Source: an uncultured Methanosarcinales archaeon (GTDB lineage Archaea; Nanobdellota; Nanobdellia; Woesearchaeales; GW2011-AR4). Taken from it: DNA of 30,689 nucleotides. Position numbers and translations under genes: made by a program. The notes under the pieces were generated by a model. That model was not told the DNA's origin and did not search any database. It worked only from the letters and a program-made list of their open reading frames with translations. Of the stretch, positions 27,978 to 30,689 are shown piece after piece (position 1 is the first letter of the stretch; the number at the start of each line of letters is the position of its first letter). Location: the NCBI GenBank assembly GCA_964622655.1, contig CAZUSQ010000001.1, positions 5,427-36,115 of the forward strand, written 5' to 3'.

Positions 27978-29279
27978 CTAAACTACCTCTTTTCTTCCAA
28001 TGCTTAGGTAAGTAAAACCTTCTCTTTTAACTTCATCTTGATTGTAGATATTTCTTCCATCAATTATTAAAGCGTGTCTCATTAAAGATTTTATCCTTTT
28101 TAAATCCAATTCTTTAAATTCATTCCATTCTGTTATTATAACTAAAGCATCTGCATATTTTGCGACTTCATATGGTGTATTGCAATAAATCACATTTTTT
28201 AGAATTTGTTTTGCTTTCTCCATTGCTTGTGGATCATAAGCCTTTATTTTTGCTCCTTCTTTTTGCAATTCTGTTATTATATCAATTGATGGCGCAAACC
28301 TCATATCGTCTGTATTTGGCTTAAATGCTAAGCCTAAAATGCCGATTGTTTTATTTTTGACAATCCCTAGTGCTTTTTCTATCTTTTTTATGAAATGTTT
28401 TCTTTGGTGGTAATTTATTTCCTGCACAGTGCTGAGTAATTTAAAATCATAGCCTAGCTTTTCTGATATTCTTATAAAAGCTTCTGCATCTTTTGGAAAA
28501 CAAAAGCCGCCATAGCCTATGCCAGCATTTAGAAAAGCTCTTCCAATGCGCTTATCGTACCCTATTCCATCTGCTACCTTTTCAACATCTGCGCCAGCTA
28601 ATTCACAAATATTTGCTATTGCATTTATAAAGGAAATTTTTGTTGCTAAGAAAGAGTTTGATGCGTGCTTTATAATTTCTGCACTTTTTATATCTGTAAA
28701 TATTATTGGCGCTTTTAATGGTTCATATAGTTTTTGTATTATTTGCTTTGCTTTCTTGCTCTCACATCCTACTACTATTCTATCTGGATGCATAAAATCA
28801 TTTACAGCGCTCCCCTCTCTCAAAAACTCAGGGTTGCTTACAATATCAAAGTCAACCTTATGAGTGTTGTATGCTCTTATTATTTTAGCAACTTTTTCGC
28901 CAGTTTCTACTGGCACAGTGCTCTTCTCTACTATTAGCTTATAGGAGTCCATTACCTCTGCAATTGTCCTTGCTACATTTTCTACGTAGCTTAAATCAGC
29001 TTCTCCATTACTCTTTGGAGGGGTCCCAACGCAGATAAATATTATTTCAGACTCTTTTATTACTTTTTTCAAATCTGTTGTAAAGTTTAGTCTGCCATGT
29101 TTCTTATTTCTTATAACTAACTCTTCCAATTCAGGCTCGTATATTGGAATAATATTATTGTTAAGTTTTTTTATTTTTTCTTCATCGATGTCAACACATG
29201 TAACATCATTTCCGAGCTCTGCAAAGCACGTTCCTGTAACTAAACCGACATAGCCAGCTCCTGCAATTGCTATCCTCAT
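27978..29279 (-). CDS. ugd: UDP-glucose 6-dehydrogenase
   Basis: GAGYVGL, ICVGTP, VEKSTVPV, SNPEFLREG, KHASNSFLATKISF, GYGGFCFPKD, GLAFKPNTDDMR. Likely start MRIAIAG at 29279. Confidence 0.92.
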   Translation of the reverse strand: MRIAIAGAGYVGLVTGTCFAELGNDVTCVDIDEEKIKKLNNNIIPIYEPELEELVIRNKKHGRLNFTTDLKKVIKESEIIFICVGTPPKSNGEADLSYVENVARTIAEVMDSYKLIVEKSTVPVETGEKVAKIIRAYNTHKVDFDIVSNPEFLREGSAVNDFMHPDRIVVGCESKKAKQIIQKLYEPLKAPIIFTDIKSAEIIKHASNSFLATKISFINAIANICELAGADVEKVADGIGYDKRIGRAFLNAGIGYGGFCFPKDAEAFIRISEKLGYDFKLLSTVQEINYHQRKHFIKKIEKALGIVKNKTIGILGLAFKPNTDDMRFAPSIDIITELQKEGAKIKAYDPQAMEKAKQILKNVIYCNTPYEVAKYADALVIITEWNEFKELDLKRIKSLMRHALIIDGRNIYNQDEVKREGFTYLSIGRKEVV

Positions 29280-29299
29280 AGCCTTTGAAAACAGAAACT

Positions 29300-29309
29300 T
29301 ATTTAAATA
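29300..29309. promoter_or_regulatory. Palindromic TATA element TATTTAAATA shared by divergent ugd and RHH genes
   Basis: Perfect palindrome, 21-30 bp from the ugd ATG and 32-41 bp from the RHH-gene ATG. Confidence 0.6.
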
Positions 29310-29310
29310 T

Positions 29311-29342
29311 CTTACCATTATCCTACTTTATACTACCAATAT
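29311..29342 (+). repeat. Three phased direct repeats, candidate RHH operator
   Basis: cttaccattat / cctactttat / actaccaatat, consensus TACYWWTAT-like, period 10-11 bp. Confidence 0.45.
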
Positions 29343-30135
29343 GAAAGAAAAGATTTCGATAACTATAAACAAAAAAACTTTGCAAGACATAGATTCAATT
29401 ATAGATAATATCTATATAAGGAATAGAAGTCAAGCAATAGAGCATCTTGTCAAAAATGCTTTAGGAGAGAATAAAACTGCTGTAATTCTGCTTGGTGGGA
29501 ATGAAGAGCATTTGAAAATTTCGAAATGGGTTTACAGGCCAACTGCAAAAATAAAGAATAATGCTGTCATTGAATTAGCCTTAAAAAAACTGAGGGAGAA
29601 TAATTTTAAAACAATATTTATTGTTGCAAGGCACAACCTATTGACAAAATTGTTTGAAATGCTGAAAGATGGCGCAAATTATGGAGTGAAGATAAATTAT
29701 ATCGAGGAAAAATCGTCAAATGGCACCGCAGATTCTTTAAGGCTATTGAAAGGAAGGGTTAATGCCAATTTTTTAGTTGTTTATGGTGATATAATTTTCA
29801 GCAAAATAAATATCGAAGAACTTTGGAACGACCATATAAAGCAAAATGCTGTTGCAACAATAATGCTTACAACATCTCCAAAACCTAGCGAAAAAGGAAC
29901 TGTAAAAGTTGAAGGTAATAAAGTGCTGACTTTTACTCAAAAACCAAAAAAGTTTGATATTTATCTTGTCTTTTCTCCTATTTTTGTTACAGAGCCGCAA
30001 ATTTTTGAGTATTCTGGCGCTAGCTTGGAATTTAAGGTATTTCCAGAATTAGCAGAGAAAGGTTTGCTTAATGGACATTTAAGCAGTGAGAAAGAAATTC
30101 ATATCCATACTAAAAAAGATTTAGAGAAAATTTAA
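29341..30135 (+). CDS. Ribbon-helix-helix (CopG/NikR-like) domain fused to a degenerate nucleotidyltransferase domain; putative transcription regulator
   Basis: KISITINKKTLQDID...RNRSQAIEHLV (RHH), followed by TAVILLGG...GTADSL...FLVVYGD...TQKP...SLEFKVFP. Confidence 0.8.
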   Translation: MKEKISITINKKTLQDIDSIIDNIYIRNRSQAIEHLVKNALGENKTAVILLGGNEEHLKISKWVYRPTAKIKNNAVIELALKKLRENNFKTIFIVARHNLLTKLFEMLKDGANYGVKINYIEEKSSNGTADSLRLLKGRVNANFLVVYGDIIFSKINIEELWNDHIKQNAVATIMLTTSPKPSEKGTVKVEGNKVLTFTQKPKKFDIYLVFSPIFVTEPQIFEYSGASLEFKVFPELAEKGLLNGHLSSEKEIHIHTKKDLEKI

Positions 30136-30281
30136 GGTGGACAGCTTTTCCAGGCTCCCGCACTTAAGTGCAGTACGACTGGAAACGGAGGCTTGCTTGA
30201 CTTCCGTGTACCCGCTAAAATGCATATGCACTTTACTTTCGGGATGGGAACGGGTAGAACCAAGCCCCTATGGCCGTCCTT
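30134..30281 (-). rRNA. rrf: 5S rRNA, archaeal type, with a 29-nt insertion in loop C
   Basis: Helix I GGACGGC/GCUGUCC, helix II GGGGCUUG/CAAGCCUC, CCCGUUCCCAUCCCGAA...CACGGAAGUCAAG, helix V UUUCCAG/CUGGAAA, helix IV GCAC-UUAA-GUGC. 148 nt, or 119 nt without the insertion; ends uncertain by a few nt. Confidence 0.95.
30209..30237 (-). other. Putative bulge-helix-bulge intron in 5S rRNA
   Basis: Sense: CCCG-AA|A-GUAAAGUGC-AUAU-GCAUUUUAG-CGGG-UA|C-ACGG. Central 4-bp helix CCCG/CGGG, two 3-nt bulges, internal 8-bp hairpin. Confidence 0.75.
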
Positions 30282-30302
30282 AGAGATGGTATGCTTAAGC
30301 AA

Positions 30303-30310
30303 TTTAAAAA
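30303..30310 (-). promoter_or_regulatory. TATA box TTTTTAAA of the 5S rRNA gene
   Basis: Lies 22-29 bp upstream of the predicted 5S 5' end. Confidence 0.6.
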
Positions 30311-30403
30311 GGTTACTGAAATTTGAGTTTTTCGTGGAATTTTATATAAGAAAATAATTAAAAAGTTCATAAAACGTTTGTTATATTCACTTTTTGATTT
30401 GCT

Positions 30404-30434
30404 AAGTATTCTGCATTTAGCAGAAATACTTTTT
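30404..30434 (+). terminator. Hairpin followed by a T-run; terminator-like, role uncertain
   Basis: aagtatt-ctgc ATTTA gcag-a-aatactt then ttt (11-bp stem with one bulge). No obvious plus-strand transcript ends here. Confidence 0.25.
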
Positions 30435-30689
30435 GTCGACTATAATTCTAAAATTTATAAAAAGAAGTTTACAATAAAAATTCCGCTCTGCTACAGATAT
30501 CCCAAAAATTCTTTACGGTGACCCTTTCGTATAATCCCTTCAATGTGAACTGAAAGTTTAATGATTACGCTTCGCACTCAAATTTTTGCCAACGCTAATT
30601 TAAGGGGGCGAGAAAACTAAAAAATTTTTATAACTTCTCAGCAGCCTTGAACATTAAAATAATCTCAAGAATAACTAGAGGAATAAATA

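Noticed and set aside
926-29000. Short antisense or alternate-frame ORFs in the track (e.g. 926-1111, 3698-3892, 4740-5105, 5865-6257, 11491-11769, 13300-13584, 17598-18044, 22452-22778, 26357-26611, 28519-28863)
   Set aside because: They lie within well-supported genes, have no recognisable motifs, and are expected shadow ORFs.
30134-30145. Second BHB at the 5S termini (AAGG/CCUU with a CCA bulge) as a processing stem
   Set aside because: The bulge lies on the wrong side of the 4-bp helix, and no matching second bulge or flanking helix exists.
30440-30689. Terminal region with short ORF fragments and a cgcttcgc motif, considered as a mobile-element remnant
   Set aside because: No terminal inverted repeats, target duplication or transposase motif could be supported.
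1-30689. CRISPR arrays, tRNA genes, transposases, integrases, AglB oligosaccharyltransferase
   Set aside because: No repeat-spacer periodicity, cloverleaf, DDE or tyrosine-recombinase motif, or WWDYG motif was seen.

Overview
AT-rich archaeal window, probably DPANN such as a Woesearchaeota-like lineage. The archaeal call rests on an archaeal-type 5S rRNA and TATA boxes about 21-31 bp before many start codons; the DPANN call is inference. Almost all of it is a surface-glycosylation locus of about 29 genes in several small operons of alternating orientation. It holds nucleotide-sugar pathways (UDP-GlcA/UDP-xylose, CDP-4-keto-6-deoxyglucose, a WbpB/D/E-like 3-acetamido module, and a module predicted to make a C-methyl-branched amino sugar). 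It also has GT2, GT4 and GT-C-like glycosyltransferases, three further SAM methyltransferases, a Wzx-type flippase and a CDP-alcohol phosphotransferase. Three things stand out. (1) The stand-alone 5S rRNA gene carries a 29-nt insertion in loop C whose ends form a bulge-helix-bulge motif, and the predicted cuts restore the canonical CCGAAC exactly, so this is a candidate spliced 5S rRNA intron. (2) A ribbon-helix-helix domain is fused to a catalytically degenerate sugar-nucleotidyltransferase domain, divergent from the ugd operon, with phased direct repeats at the shared promoter. (3) A GT2-membrane-radical SAM/Twitch fusion is flanked by two small Cys-rich ORFs, one absent from the supplied ORF track. 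All functional calls come from motif recognition by eye; no database searches were run.
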